Origin: Squalus acanthias
Lineage: Eukaryota
Assembly (NCBI GenBank): GCA_030390025.1
Contig: CM059433.1
Coordinates: forward strand, 12,526,001-12,590,000
Direction of reading: 5' to 3'
DNA length: 64,000 bases
In this document: piece by piece, positions 1 to 11,144 of the stretch
How the letters are laid out: every line of letters begins with the position of its first letter
Position numbering within the stretch: position 1 is the first letter of the stretch
Program-made: the position numbers and the translations under genes
The notes under the pieces: generated by a model
Database searches by the model: none
Seen by the model: the letters and a program-made list of their open reading frames with translations, nothing else
What the model was told of the DNA's origin: nothing

Positions 1-60
1 AAGCAAATTCTCAGCCACATGGACTGAATATTTTTCCAAATATCGAATTCAGGTGACAGT

Positions 61-620
61 CTTCTTCTTCTTCTTGCGTATGGTAGCAGCAAAGCCAATC
101 AGATGTCAATAGCCAAGTCAGATATCCAGGCCAAAGCTTCCGGTGCAACAGCGTGGATATCTTGTAATAAAAACAGAAAATGCTGGAAATACTCAGCAGG
201 TCAGGCAGCATCTGCAGAGAGAGAGAGAAACAGAGTTAACGTTTCGGGTCGATGACCTGACGAAGGGTCATCGACCTGAAACGTTAACTCTGTTTCTCTC
301 TCCGCAGATGCTGCCTGACCTGCTGAGTATTTCCAGCATTCTCTGTTTTTATTTCAGATTTCCAGCATCTGCAGTATTTTGCTTTTGGATATCTTCCATG
401 CTGCCTGTGAATTTCCTCTGAGGGCAGTGCTCGATGATGTGCTCCAGGGTCTGATTAGGAGCTCCACAGTCGCATGATGGGGATGCTTTAATCTTCCATC
501 TGTGGAGAAGGTGGCAGCATCTACCAGGACCAGTTCTGAGGCGGTTGATGATTGTCCACTGTTTGCGAGGAAGGTTCGATCCTTCAGGTTGTACTGTGGG
601 GTCCAGTGACAGCTGGACTG
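61..620 (-). mobile_element. 3' end of a Vingi/Ingi-group LINE (ORF C-terminus with CCHC knuckle), interrupted by insertion 164-385
   Basis: ORF 349-783 contains LPRKQWTIINRLRTGPGRC..SPSCDCGAPNQTLEHIIEHCP. The frame resumes across the insertion as HAVAPEALAWISDLAIDI*, then CCATACG and a (GAA)n tail at 61-74. Confidence 0.7.
164..385. mobile_element. Palindromic minimal Penelope-like insertion (family B pLTR fold-back)
   Basis: ~85-bp inverted arms (~170-257 / 266-351). The centre carries CTGACGA..GAAACGTT. 10-bp TSD tggatatctt at 154-163 and 386-395. Confidence 0.85.
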
Positions 621-791
621 TGGTGACAGTTTCAGTCTCTTGTTCAGTGGTGCAGAATTTAAAAAGTACACCTTCCACATTTTGGTAGAATTGCTCAACC
701 ATGCCATCTGACTGAGAATGCAGGGAATGCTCTGTGTCTTTTCCATCCCATGCTTCATGTTTCCAGGCAAACAACCACCTCAATATTCCTC

Positions 792-1351
792 AATACAAGA
801 GCAAAATACTGCGGATGCTGGAAATCTGAAATAACAACAGGAAGTGCTGGAAACACCTCCACTCCCACTCTGATCTCTCCGTCCTCGGCCTCTTACACTA
901 TTCCAACAAAGCTCAACGTAAGCTCAAGGAACAGCACCTCATCTTTCGATTAGGCACTTTACAGCCTTCTGGACTCAACATCGAGTTCAACAATTTCAGA
1001 CTATAAATTGGCCCCTGTATTTCTTTTTTTCTCTTTCTTGTTTCCTCAGCTGTTCATGTTGCTGCCATCATCATTCACACATCGTCTCGAGCCATCTTTT
1101 GTTTCTTAACTTGTCCCATTATCTTTTGCCTCGCACCATCATCCCTTTTGTCAGTCAATCTCTCCTGCCTTCCAGCCTATCACAGACCTTCCCTTTGTTC
1201 TTTCCTCCCCTCCTCCCTGCCCCTGCTTAAAAATCTCTCCTCCCCAACCTTTTCCAGTTCTGACGAAGGGTTCGACCCGAAACATTGACTCTGTTTCTCC
1301 TCTCTTCAATGCTGCCTGACCTGCTGAGTGTTTCCAGCACTTTCTGTTGTT
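792..1351 (+). mobile_element. 5'-truncated PLE (family B): inverted pLTR piece, GIY-YIG C-terminus, 3'UTR and pLTR
   Basis: ~860-1000 translates SHSDLSVLGLLHYSNKAQRKLKEQHLIFRLGTLQPSGLNIEFNNFR. Inverted pLTR segment at ~800-855. 15-bp TSD acctcaatattcctc at 777-791 and 1352-1366. Confidence 0.85.
1256..1290 (+). ncRNA. Minimal type I hammerhead ribozyme (PLE family B), helix III mutated
   Basis: agtt-CTGACGA-a-gggt tcg accc-GAA-acat-t-gact. Helices I and II pair; helix III reads acat where other copies have palindromic acgt. Confidence 0.7.
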
Positions 1352-1568
1352 ACCTCAATATTCCTCTCTTGGACACAACTGTCTGAATATACCGATTCAT
1401 CTTCCACTAGAATAGCTCTTACTCATTTTGCTTCTTTAACCTCGGAGCTTCTGTCCATTTGATATGATAGTTTCTGACTACAGATAACCCTGGTGGTGAC
1501 TTGGAGCATCCATAATGACTCTCTCACATCCCAGCCATGCAGGTGCTTGAATTTTCCCTGTTTCCTAT

Positions 1569-1600
1569 TTGGTGATGTTGTTGTTGTTGTTGTTGTTGTT
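1569..1600. repeat. (TTG)n microsatellite
   Basis: ttgttgttg run. Confidence 0.9.
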
Positions 1601-1626
1601 ACTTTACATTTATAAAGCTCACGGCA

Positions 1627-2200
1627 CCATGGGTGGCTCAGCTGTACAGGGCGGGAGGCGGAAGGTCAATAAAGTAATAGTGATAGGGGATTCAATAGTT
1701 AGGGGAACAGACAGGTGTTTCTGCAGCCGCAGACGTGATTCCAGGATGGTGTGTTGCCTCCCTGGTGCCAGGGTCAAGGATGTCACTGAGCGGCTGAAGG
1801 ACATTCTGAGGGGGGAGGGTGAACAGCCAGAGGCCGTGGTCCATTTCGCTACCAATGACATAGGTAGGAAGAGGGATGAGGTCCTGCAGGCAGATTTTAG
1901 GGAGCTAGGAAAGATATTAATAAGCAGGACCTCAAAGGTAGTAATCTCCGGATTACTCCCGGTGCCACGCGCTAGTGAGTATAGAAATAGGAAGATGGAG
2001 TAGATGAATGCGTGGCTGGCGAGTTGGTGCAGGAGGAAGAGCTTTAGATTCCTGAGGCATTGGGACTGGTTCTGGGGGAGGTAGGACCTGTAGAAACAGG
2101 ATGGGTTGCACCTCAACAGGGCCGGGACCAATATCCTCGCGAGGGGTGGGGGGGCGGGGGGGCGTTGCTGGTGCTGTTGGGGAGGGTTTAAATTAGCTTG
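1627..2200 (+). pseudogene. CR1 ORF1 SGNH/GDSL esterase domain, disrupted
   Basis: GDS, PGA and TND motifs; stop at 2001-2003; DGLHLN motif downstream at ~2100. Confidence 0.85.
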
Positions 2201-3256
2201 GCAGGGCGGATGGGAACCTGACCGTACATTCAGAAGGGAGGGAAGCAAAGCTGGAAATAGACAGCAGAAAATTAATAACTGAGTTTGGAAGGCAGAGGAA
2301 ACAAAGGCTAGAAAATAGACAACAAAGGGGGTTGGCAGTGCTTAATGGTATATACTTCAATGCAAGGAGTCTTGTGAATAAAGCAGATGAGCTGAGTGCA
2401 CAGATAGACACGTGGAAGTGTGATATCATAGCTATTACTGAAACATGGCTTGAAGAAGCCCAGGAATGGCAGTTCAACATTCCTGCATACAGGGTTTTCA
2501 TACGAGATATGGGGAATAAAAAAGGAGGGGGTTTGCAATGTTGGTTAAAGAAACAATTACAGCTGTGAGGAGGGATGATATATTAGAAGGAACATCAAAT
2601 GAGGCCAAAGGGGTTGAACTGAAGAACAAAAAAGGGGCAATCACAATGCTGGGAGTGTACTAGAGACCCCCAAATAGTCAGAGGGAGATAGAAGAGCAAA
2701 TATGTAGGCAAATTTCTGAGAAGTGCAAAAACAATAGGGCAGTAATAGTCGATGATTTCAACTATCCTAATATTAACTGGGATAGAATCAATGTAAAAGG
2801 TATAGAGGTTGCAGAATTCTTAAATTGCATTCAGGAGAAAATTTTTAGCCAGTACGTAGCAAGTCCAACAAGTGAGGGGGCGATTCTGGACGTGGTTTTA
2901 TGGAATGAATCTGGACAGGTGGAAAGGATATCAGTGGGAGAGCATTTTGGTGGTAGTGGTCATAATTCAGTTAGATTTAGCATAGTTCTGGAAAAGGACA
3001 AATTTAGACCAGGAGTAAAAGTTGTCAACTGGGGAAAGGCCAATTTTACTAAGCTGAGATGCGATTTAGCAAAAGTGGACTGGAAACAGCTGCTTGAAGG
3101 TAAATCAGTGTCAGAGCAGTGGGAGGCATTCAAGGAGGAGATAGTGAGGGTTCAGAGAAAATATGTTCCCATAAAGAAAAAGGGTGGGACTACTAAATCT
3201 AGAGCCTCCTGGATGTCAAGGGGCATACAGGGTAGGAAAGAACAAAAAAGGGAAGC

Positions 3257-3698
3257 AACCCTAAGCTAGGCTTATATTCGCTACAGTTTAGAAGAATGAG
3301 AGGGGATCTCATTGAAACTTATAAAATTCTAACAGGACTAGACAGACTAGATGCAGGAAGGATGTTCCCGATGGCGGGGAGTCCAGAACCAGGGGTCACA
3401 GTCTAAGGATAAGGGGTAAGCCATTTAGGACAGAAATAAGGAGGAATTTCTTCACCCAGAGATTGGTGAACCTGTGGAATTCTCTGCCACAGAAGGCAGT
3501 AGAGGCCAATTCATTAAATAGATTCAAGAAGGAGTTGGATATATTTCTTAAGGCTAAAGGGATCAAGGGATATGGGGAGAAAGCGGGGACAGGGTACTGA
3601 ATTTGGATGATCAGCCATGATCGCATTGAATGGCGGAGCAGGCTCGAGGGGACGAATGGCCTACTCCTGCTCCTATCTTCTATGATTCTACGATTCTA
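3257..3698 (+). mobile_element. CR1 3' fragment with (ATTCTRTG)-type tail, flanked by ~975-bp direct duplication
   Basis: RRMRGDLIETYKI coding remnant, 3'UTR and tail ttctatgattctacgattcta. Confidence 0.85.
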
Positions 3699-5222
3699 TG
3701 AGTTTGGAAGGCAGAGGAAACAAAGGCTAGAAAATAGACAACAAAGGGGGTTGGTAGTGCTTAATGGTATATACTTCAATGCAAGGAGTCTTGTGAATAA
3801 AGCAGATGAGCTGAGTGCACAGATAGACACGTGGAAGTGTGATATCATAGCTATTACTGAAACATGGCTTGAAGAAGCGCAGGAGTGACAGTTCAACATT
3901 CCTGCTTACAGGGTTTTCAGACAAGATAGGGGGATAAAAAAGGAGGGGGTTTGCAATGTTGGTTAAAGAAACAATTACAGCTGTGAGGAGGGATGATATG
4001 TTAGAAGGAACATCAAATGAGGCCATAGGGGTTGAACTGAAGAACAAAAAAGGAGCAATCACAATGCTGGGAGTGTACTATAGACCCCCAAATAGTCAGA
4101 GGGAGATAGAAGAGCAAATATGTAGGCAAATTTCTTAGAAGTGCAAAAACAATAGGGTAGTAATAGTCGGGGATTTCAACTATCCTAATATTAACTGGGA
4201 TAGAATCAATGTAAAAGGTATAGAGGTTGCAGAATTCTTAAATTGCATTCAGGAGAACATTTTTAGCCAGTACGTAGCAAGTCCAACAAGTGAGGGGGCG
4301 ATTCTGGACGTGGTTTTATGGAATGAATCTGGACAGGTGGAAAGGATATCAGTGGGAGAGCATTTTGGTGGTAGTGGTCATAATTCAGTTAGATTTAGCG
4401 TAGTTCTGGAAAAGGACAAAGATAGACCAGGAGTAAAAGTTGTCAACTGGGGAAAGGCCAATTTTACTAAGCTGAGATGCGATTTAGCAAAAGTGGACTG
4501 GAAACAGCTGCTTGAAGGTAAATCAGTGTCAGAGCAGTGGGAGGCATTCAAGGAGGAGATAGTGAGGGTTCAGAGAAAATATGTTCCCATAAAGAAAAAG
4601 GATGGGACTAAAAAATCTAGAGCCTCCTGGATGTCAAGGGGCATACAGGGTAGGAAAGAACAAAAAAGGGAAGCTACCGAGAGCTAAATATTACAGAAAG
4701 CCTAAAGGAGTATAGAAAGTGCAGGAGTGAAATTAAAAAGGAAATTAGGAAAGCAAAGAGAGAGCATGAAAAAATATTGGCAACTAAAATCAAGGAAAAC
4801 CCAAAGATGTTTTATAAATCCATAAAGAGCAAGAGGATAACTCAGGAAAGAATAGGGCCTATTCGAGACCAAAGAGGTAACCTATGTGTTAAGGTGGAAG
4901 ACGTGGGTATGGTTCTTAATGAATACTTTGCGTCTGTCTTCAGAAAAGAGAGGGACAATACAGACATTGTAGCTAAGGAGGAGGAGTGCAAAATATTATA
5001 TGAGAAAAACATAGTGAGAGAGGAAATATTAAGGAGTTCAGCCTCTTTGAAAGTTGCTAAATCGCCAGGCCCAGATGAAATGTATCCCAGGCTGTAAAGA
5101 GAAGCAAGGGAGGAAATAGCAGAGGCTCTGACCATCATTTTACATTCCTCTCTGGCTACAGGTATGGTCAAAATTGAGAGGTCGCACAACACCAGGTTAT
5201 AGTCCAACAGTTTTATTTGAAA

Positions 5223-5265
5223 TCACAAGCTTTCGGAGCTATCGATTTGCTCCTTCCTCAGGTGA
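5223..5265 (-). ncRNA. Minimal type I hammerhead ribozyme (PLE family A)
   Basis: Minus strand: tcac-CTGAGGA-a-ggagc aaatcgata gctcc-GAA-agct-t-gtga; palindromic helix III. Confidence 0.85.
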
Positions 5266-5597
5266 AGTAAATTAGATACAGAATCTCCAAAGCATATATA
5301 GATGGAAAACAAACCATGTGTACTTTACAATTGCAGACCAATAAATTAAATCATCCTGACTATCTGCCGAGGTGTGATAAAGTTAATTAAGTCAGCCAGG
5401 AAGGTACCACATCAAAGACATAGCAAGATACAACTGAGACAATGAGGTGTAGTCGCAGGGGTTCTAACGTGTCAAAAGCTGCCGTCTGTATGTAAAACGA
5501 AAAGCTTTAACATTTTTTTACTTTTTTACTGGGAAAATTTTTACTTTTTTACTGGGAATCACATCTGTGAACAAGCTAACGACGACTCGAGTCCGGA

Positions 5598-8274
5598 TCA
5601 CGTCATGTATCGTGACATAAACCCAAGATCCCGATTGAGACCGTCTTCATGAGTGCGGAACTTGGCTATCAGTTTCTGCTCGATGATTTTGCGTTGTCGT
5701 GTGTTTCTAAGGTTGCCTTGGAGAACGCTTACCCGCAGATCCGAGGCTGAATGTCCTTGACTGCTGAAGTGTTCCCCGACTGGGAGGTAACAATCCTGCC
5801 TGGCGATTGTTGCGCGGTGCTCGTTCATACGTTGTCTCAGTGTCTGCATGGTCTCGCCGATGTACCATGCCGCGGTGCATTCTTTCCTGCAACGTATGAG
5901 GTAGACAACGTTGGCCGAGTCACATGAGTATGTACCATGTACCTGGTGGGTAGTGTCCTCACGTGTGATGGTGGTATCTGTGTTGATGATCTGGCATGTC
6001 TTGCAGAGTTTGCCATGGCAGGGTTGTGTGGTGTCGTGGTCGCTGTTCTCCTGAAAGCTGGGTAATTTGCTGCGAACGATGGTACTTCTGAGGTTAGGCG
6101 GCTGTTTGAAGGCGAGTAGTGGAGGCGTGGGGATGGCCTTAGCGAGGTGTTTGTCGTCATCGATGACATGTTGAAGGCTGCGAAGAACATGGCGTAGTTT
6201 CTCCGCTCCGGGGAAGTACTGGACGACGTAGGGTACCCTGTTGGTTGTGTCCCGTGTTTGCCTTCTGAGGAGGTCTATGCGATTTTTCGCTGTGGCCCGT
6301 CGGAACTGTCGATCGATGAGTCGAGCGTCATATCCCGTTCTTACGAGGGCGTTTTTCAGCGTCCGTAGGTGTCCATCGCGTTCCTCCTCGTCTGAGCAGA
6401 TCCTGTGTATTCGCAGGGCTTGTCCATAGGGGATGGCTTCTTTAACATGGTTAGGGTGGAAGCTGGAGAAGTGGAGCATCGTGAGGTTGTCCGTGGGCTT
6501 GCGGTAGAGTGAAGTGCTGAGGTGTCCGTCTTTGATGGAGATTCGTGTGTCCAGGAATGAGACTGATTCTGAGGAGTAGTCCATGGTGAGTTTGATGGTG
6601 GGATGGAACATGTTTATGTTATCGTGTAGTCTTTTCAGTGATCCTTCGCCATGGGTCCAAAGAAAGAAAATGTCGTTGATGTATCTGGTATACAGCGTTG
6701 GCTGGAGGTCCTGTGCAGCGAAGAAGTCTTGCTCGAACTTGTGCATGAAGATGTTGGCGTATTGGGGTGCGAATTTGGTCCCCATGGCTGTTCCGTGTGT
6801 TTGGGTAAAAAAATGGTTGTCGAAGGTGAAGACATTGTGGTCAAGGATGAAGCGGATGAGTTGTAGGATGGCGTCTGGAGATTGGCTGTTGTTGATGTTG
6901 AGTACTGAGGCTGTTGCAGCGATGCCGTCATCGTGGGGGATACTGGTGTAGAGTGCCGATACGTCCATCGTGGCAAGGAGTGTTCCTGGTTCAACTGGTC
7001 CGTGGGTGCTGAGTTTCTGTAAGAAGTCTGTAGTGTCGCGACAGAAGCTGGGGGTTCCCTGTACGATGGGTTTCAGAATGCCCTCGACGTATCCAGAGAG
7101 GTTCTCACACAGGGTTCCATTGCCTGATACGATAGGACGTCCGGGTGTGTTGGCTTTGTGTATCTTTGGGAGGCAGTAGAAGTCTCCCACGCGGGGATTA
7201 CGTGGGATGAGAGCGCGTAGGATGTTTTGAAGGTCTGGATCGAAGGTCTTGATCAGTCTATTGAGTTGGCGGGTGTGTTCTTTGGTCGGATCTGCGGGTA
7301 GCTGTCTGTAGTGTTCCTGGTTGTCCAGTTGTCGGTATGCTTCTTTACAATAGTCCGTTCTGTTCTGTATGACGATGGCTCCTCCTTTGTCCGCTGGTTT
7401 GATGACAATGTTGCGGTTGGTCTTGAGAGCGTGGATGGCGTTGCGTTGTGCTCGGGTGACATTCTGGACTGTCTTGTGAGTGCGGCTGATGAATCTGGCG
7501 TTGATGCATCTCCTGACAGCTTGAGCATACATGTCAAGCTTGGGGCAGCGACCCTCCGGAGGGGTCCAGTTTGACTCTTTTTTCTTCGGTTGCTGCACTG
7601 CGAGTCCCTCTGTCTGCTGTTCTGGATCATTGATTGTCTCATTGGGTTTGTTGCTGACATCTTGGGATTTGTGGAAGTATTCCCGGAGCCTCATTCTCCT
7701 GATGAATTCCTCCGTGTCTGCCGCGAGGCCGATGGGGTCCAATTTGGTGGTTGGGCAGAACTTGAGCCCTAGGGCGAGAACTTCGATTTCGTCTGGTTGA
7801 AGCGTATGGTCGGACAAGTTGACGATGGACTTCCCTGTGGTTGCAGCCGTGGTACCGGGGGAGGCTTGGTTGCTGCTGGTGGTGATGCCGAGTTTCTCAA
7901 GCTTCCTGTTCTTGATGCGCATGTAGGCAGCGTAGTTCCGTTGCCTCGTCTGTTTGGTGGTGTCTCGTAACTGGTCTGCTGTGTCCTGAGCACAGGCTGA
8001 GAGCATGGACTCTATCTTGGTTTCGAGGTTGTGGCGTTTGCTGTAGAGCTGGTGTACGAGATGGTTGAGGAGTGTGCGAGAGGTACGACGGCAGAGTCTC
8101 TCAGCGTAGTCTGTGTTGTATGTCGACTTGAGTGGGTTCGTGATCTGTAGTCCTTTCGGGATCTTGTCTGCTTTCTTGCATCTCTGTAGATACTTGATGT
8201 CGGTCGATATGCGCGATCTTCTTGGCGATTCTCTCCACTTTGAGCCGGCAGTTTGTGGTGTCGATAGTGGTCAT
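5598..8274 (-). pseudogene. PLE polyprotein (RT, Cys-rich linker, GIY-YIG endonuclease); frameshift near 8203 and RT YIDD changed to YIND
   Basis: ORF 5598-8006 has IKPADKGGAIV, PKIHK..PGRPIVS, MDVSALYTSI, GTAMG, RYINDIF, CHGKLCKTC and VVYLIRC..WYIGET. ATG at 8274 (MTTIDTTNCRLKVERIAKKIAHID) joins this frame if 2 nt are restored. Confidence 0.92.
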
Positions 8275-9780
8275 GATGCGGAGATGCCGGTGTTGGACTG
8301 GGGTGGACAAAATTGAGAGGTCGCACAACACCAGGTTATAGTGTATGGTGCCAGAGGACTGGAGGACTGCTAACGTTGTACCGTTGTTTAAAAAGGGAGA
8401 AAGGGATAGACCGAATAATTACAGGCTAGTCAGCCTAAACTCGATGGTGGGCAAATTATTGGAAAAAATTATGAGGGACGGTATTAATCATCATTTAGAA
8501 AGGCACGGCTTTATCAAGGACAGTTAGCATGGATTTGTTAAGGGAAGGTCATGTCTGACTAACTTGACTGAATTTTTTGAGGAGGTAACAATGAGGATCG
8601 ATGAGGGTAGTACGTTTGATGTAGTCTACATGGATTTTTGTAAGGTTTTTGACAAGGTCCCACTTGGCAGACTGGTCAGAACAGTAAAAGCCCGTGGGAT
8701 CCAAGGGAAAGTGGCAAGTTGGATCTAAAATTGGCTCAGTGGCAGGAAGCAAAGGGTAATGGTCGACGGATGTTTTTGTGACTGGAAGGCTGTTTCCAGT
8801 GGGGTTCCGCAGGGCTCAGTACTAGGTCCCTTGCTTTTTGTGGTAGAAACAATAATTTAGACTTCAATGTAAGGGGCATGACTAAGAAATCTGCAGATGA
8901 TACATAAACTGGTCGTGTCGTTGATAGCGAGGAAAAAAGCTGTAGACGGCAGGAAGATATCGATGGACTGGTCTGGTGGGCAGAAAAGTGGCAAATGGAA
9001 TTCAATCTGGAGAAGTGTGAGGTAATGCATTTGGGGAGGGCTAGCAAGGCAAGGAAATACACAATAAATGGTAGAATTCTGAGAAGCGTAGAGGAACAGA
9101 GAGACCTTGGAGTGCATGTCCACAGTTCCCTGAAGGTAGCAGGACAGGTGGTTAAGAAGGCATACGGGATACTTTCCTTTATTAGCCGAGGCATAGAATA
9201 TAAGAGCAGGGAGGCGATGCTTGAACTGTATAAAGCACTAGTTAGGCCACAGCTAGAGTATTGCGTACAGTTCTGGTCACCACATTACAGGAAAGATGTG
9301 ATTGCACTAGAGAGGGTACAGAGGAGATTTACGAGGATGTCACCAGGATTGGAGAATTTTAGCTATGAGGAAAGATTGGATAGGCTGGGGTTGTTTTCTT
9401 TGGAACAGAGGAGGCTGAGGGGAGATCTAATTGAGGTGTATAAAGTTATGAAGGGCCTAGATAGAGTGGATAGAAAGGACCTATTTCCCTTAGCAGAGGG
9501 GTCAATAACCAAGGGACATAGATTTAAAGTAATTTCAATTTTGGGTACCCAGGGTTAGCATCGACCATTAGCTTCCTATATCTTGCCATTACCAAGTCCA
9601 GTACCTGATGTCCCCTACCGAGGTCTTTTAGATGGCCAGATGTGGTTGTTCAAATATTTTCGTGCTCACATTTTTAGGCTGTGCAAGTTCCCCCGCTGAA
9701 TGACTTCTAGCACCAGTTTCCTAACATTGAGAAGAAGTCAATTCTTGATGTGGAGTGTATCCTGGTCTTCTATTACTGGT

Positions 9781-9885
9781 TCATAGAATCATAGAATGAT
9801 ACAGGACAGAAGGAGGCCATTCAGCCCATCGTGCCTGTGCCGGCTCTTTGACAGAGCTATCCATGTAGTCCCACTCCTCCTGCTT
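9781..9885 (-). mobile_element. CR1 3' tail fragment
   Basis: catagaatcatagaa tail and CR1 3'UTR, like 34590-34688 reversed. Confidence 0.75.
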
Positions 9886-10371
9886 GTTGATGGTGCTTGG
9901 CTCTCTGATTATTTTTAAATGGTCGAGATGTCTTAGGCTGTATTTCACACAAATTCATTGTTTTTAAAACATGCAGGCCCCAGTTTTCTTCTCCTCTGTG
10001 GTCTGGCAATGTTCAACTCCAAGGTTTAAAGCAGAATAAAAGAAGCAAAGGACCCAGTAGGACAGGGACCACAGAAGGTGGGGATGTGGAGCAGTTACAC
10101 TCCAACCAGATGCAAGGTGAAGGCCTTTCAGGTCCACAGCAGCAGCTGGATATCCACTCCTGATTTTGAGTGCAGGCCCCAGCCAAGAAGTGTGCCTGCA
10201 GCTGATGATTATTGAGCCCAGGCAGATGGCCTGAACCCATTAATCCATGTGGGTCCAGCCAGGTCAGGTACTTCGGGCGCTTGCCACCTGACTTACGGCC
10301 AGTCGTGGAGGAAAGGGAATCGAGACTGAAAACTGTTAACTGATTCAGTGCTCCTCACACAAAAGGCATCA

Positions 10372-10887
10372 TCTAGACACGAAAGGCGTCAAGGGGTATG
10401 GGGAGAGAGCGGGAATATGGTATTGAGATAATCTGCCCAGATGGGCAGTGGAAACGCTTCAAGGACACCCTCAAAGCCTCCTTGAAAAAGTGCAACATCC
10501 CCACCGACACCTGGGAATCCCTGGCCCAAGACCGCACAAAGTGGAGGAGAAGCATCTGGGGAAGGCGCCGAACACCTCGAGTCTCTTCGCCAGGAGCAAG
10601 CGGAAGCCAAGTGCAAACAGCGCAAGGAGCGCACGTCAACCCAAGCACCCCACCCACCCGCCCCTTCAACCACCGTCTGCCCCACCTGTGACAGAGACTG
10701 TAGGTCCCGCATTGGACTCATCAGTCACCTGAGAACTCATTTTTAGTGTGGAAGCAAGTCATCCTCAGTTCCGAGGGACTGCCTAAGAAGATGGTATTGA
10801 GATAGAGGATCAGCCATGATCTTATTGAATGGCGGAGCAGGCTCGAAGGGCCGAATGGCCGACTCCTGCTCCAATGTTTCTATGTTT
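10372..10887 (+). mobile_element. CR1 3'UTR fragment split by RTE insertion
   Basis: Matches other CR1 3' ends (gatcagccatgatc..gaatggcggagcaggctcgaagggccgaatggcc). Confidence 0.8.
10431..10790 (+). mobile_element. RTE (BovB-like clade) LINE 3' fragment
   Basis: GQWKRFKDTLKASLKKCNIPTDTWESLAQDRTKWR and a CPTC..H zinc remnant. 14-bp TSD atggtattgagata at 10417-10430 and 10791-10804. Confidence 0.85.
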
Positions 10888-11144
10888 CCTCACCTTCCTC
10901 AGTGGTTAATGCTTGAGCGTGTTTGTGTGTATGTGTGTGTGTGTGTGTTTGTCCTCATTCTCGTACCCTACCACTACATTTCCATATGCCAATTACGTGT
11001 GATGCTTTCACCTGATGCGCTCCAATATGAATTTTATAAATCATAAGCAAATCACAGCTGAATAGTTAGGGAGTCTCAAAGAACAAGCAGCAAAATTATC
11101 AATTAAGTATCAGTAGTCGACTGATAGCTATTAATAAACAACTA

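Larger units (their letters stand above)
5169..8342 (-). mobile_element. Near full-length Neptune-type Penelope-like retroelement (family A) inserted in CR1 ORF2
   Basis: 35-bp direct terminal repeat at 5169-5203 and 8308-8342. 7-bp TSD gtatggt at 5162-5168 and 8343-8349. RT+GIY-YIG ORF and a hammerhead in the 3' pLTR. Confidence 0.95.
1627..9535 (+). mobile_element. Long decayed CR1 LINE (ORF1 esterase + ORF2 APE/RT), 3'-truncated, with internal duplication and nested insertions
   Basis: ORF1 VIGDSIVRG..CCLPGARV..ATNDIG; APE YFNARSL..AITETWL, GVYYRPP; RT fragments PEDWRTANV and [15 protein letters not shown]. Many stops and frameshifts. Confidence 0.92.
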
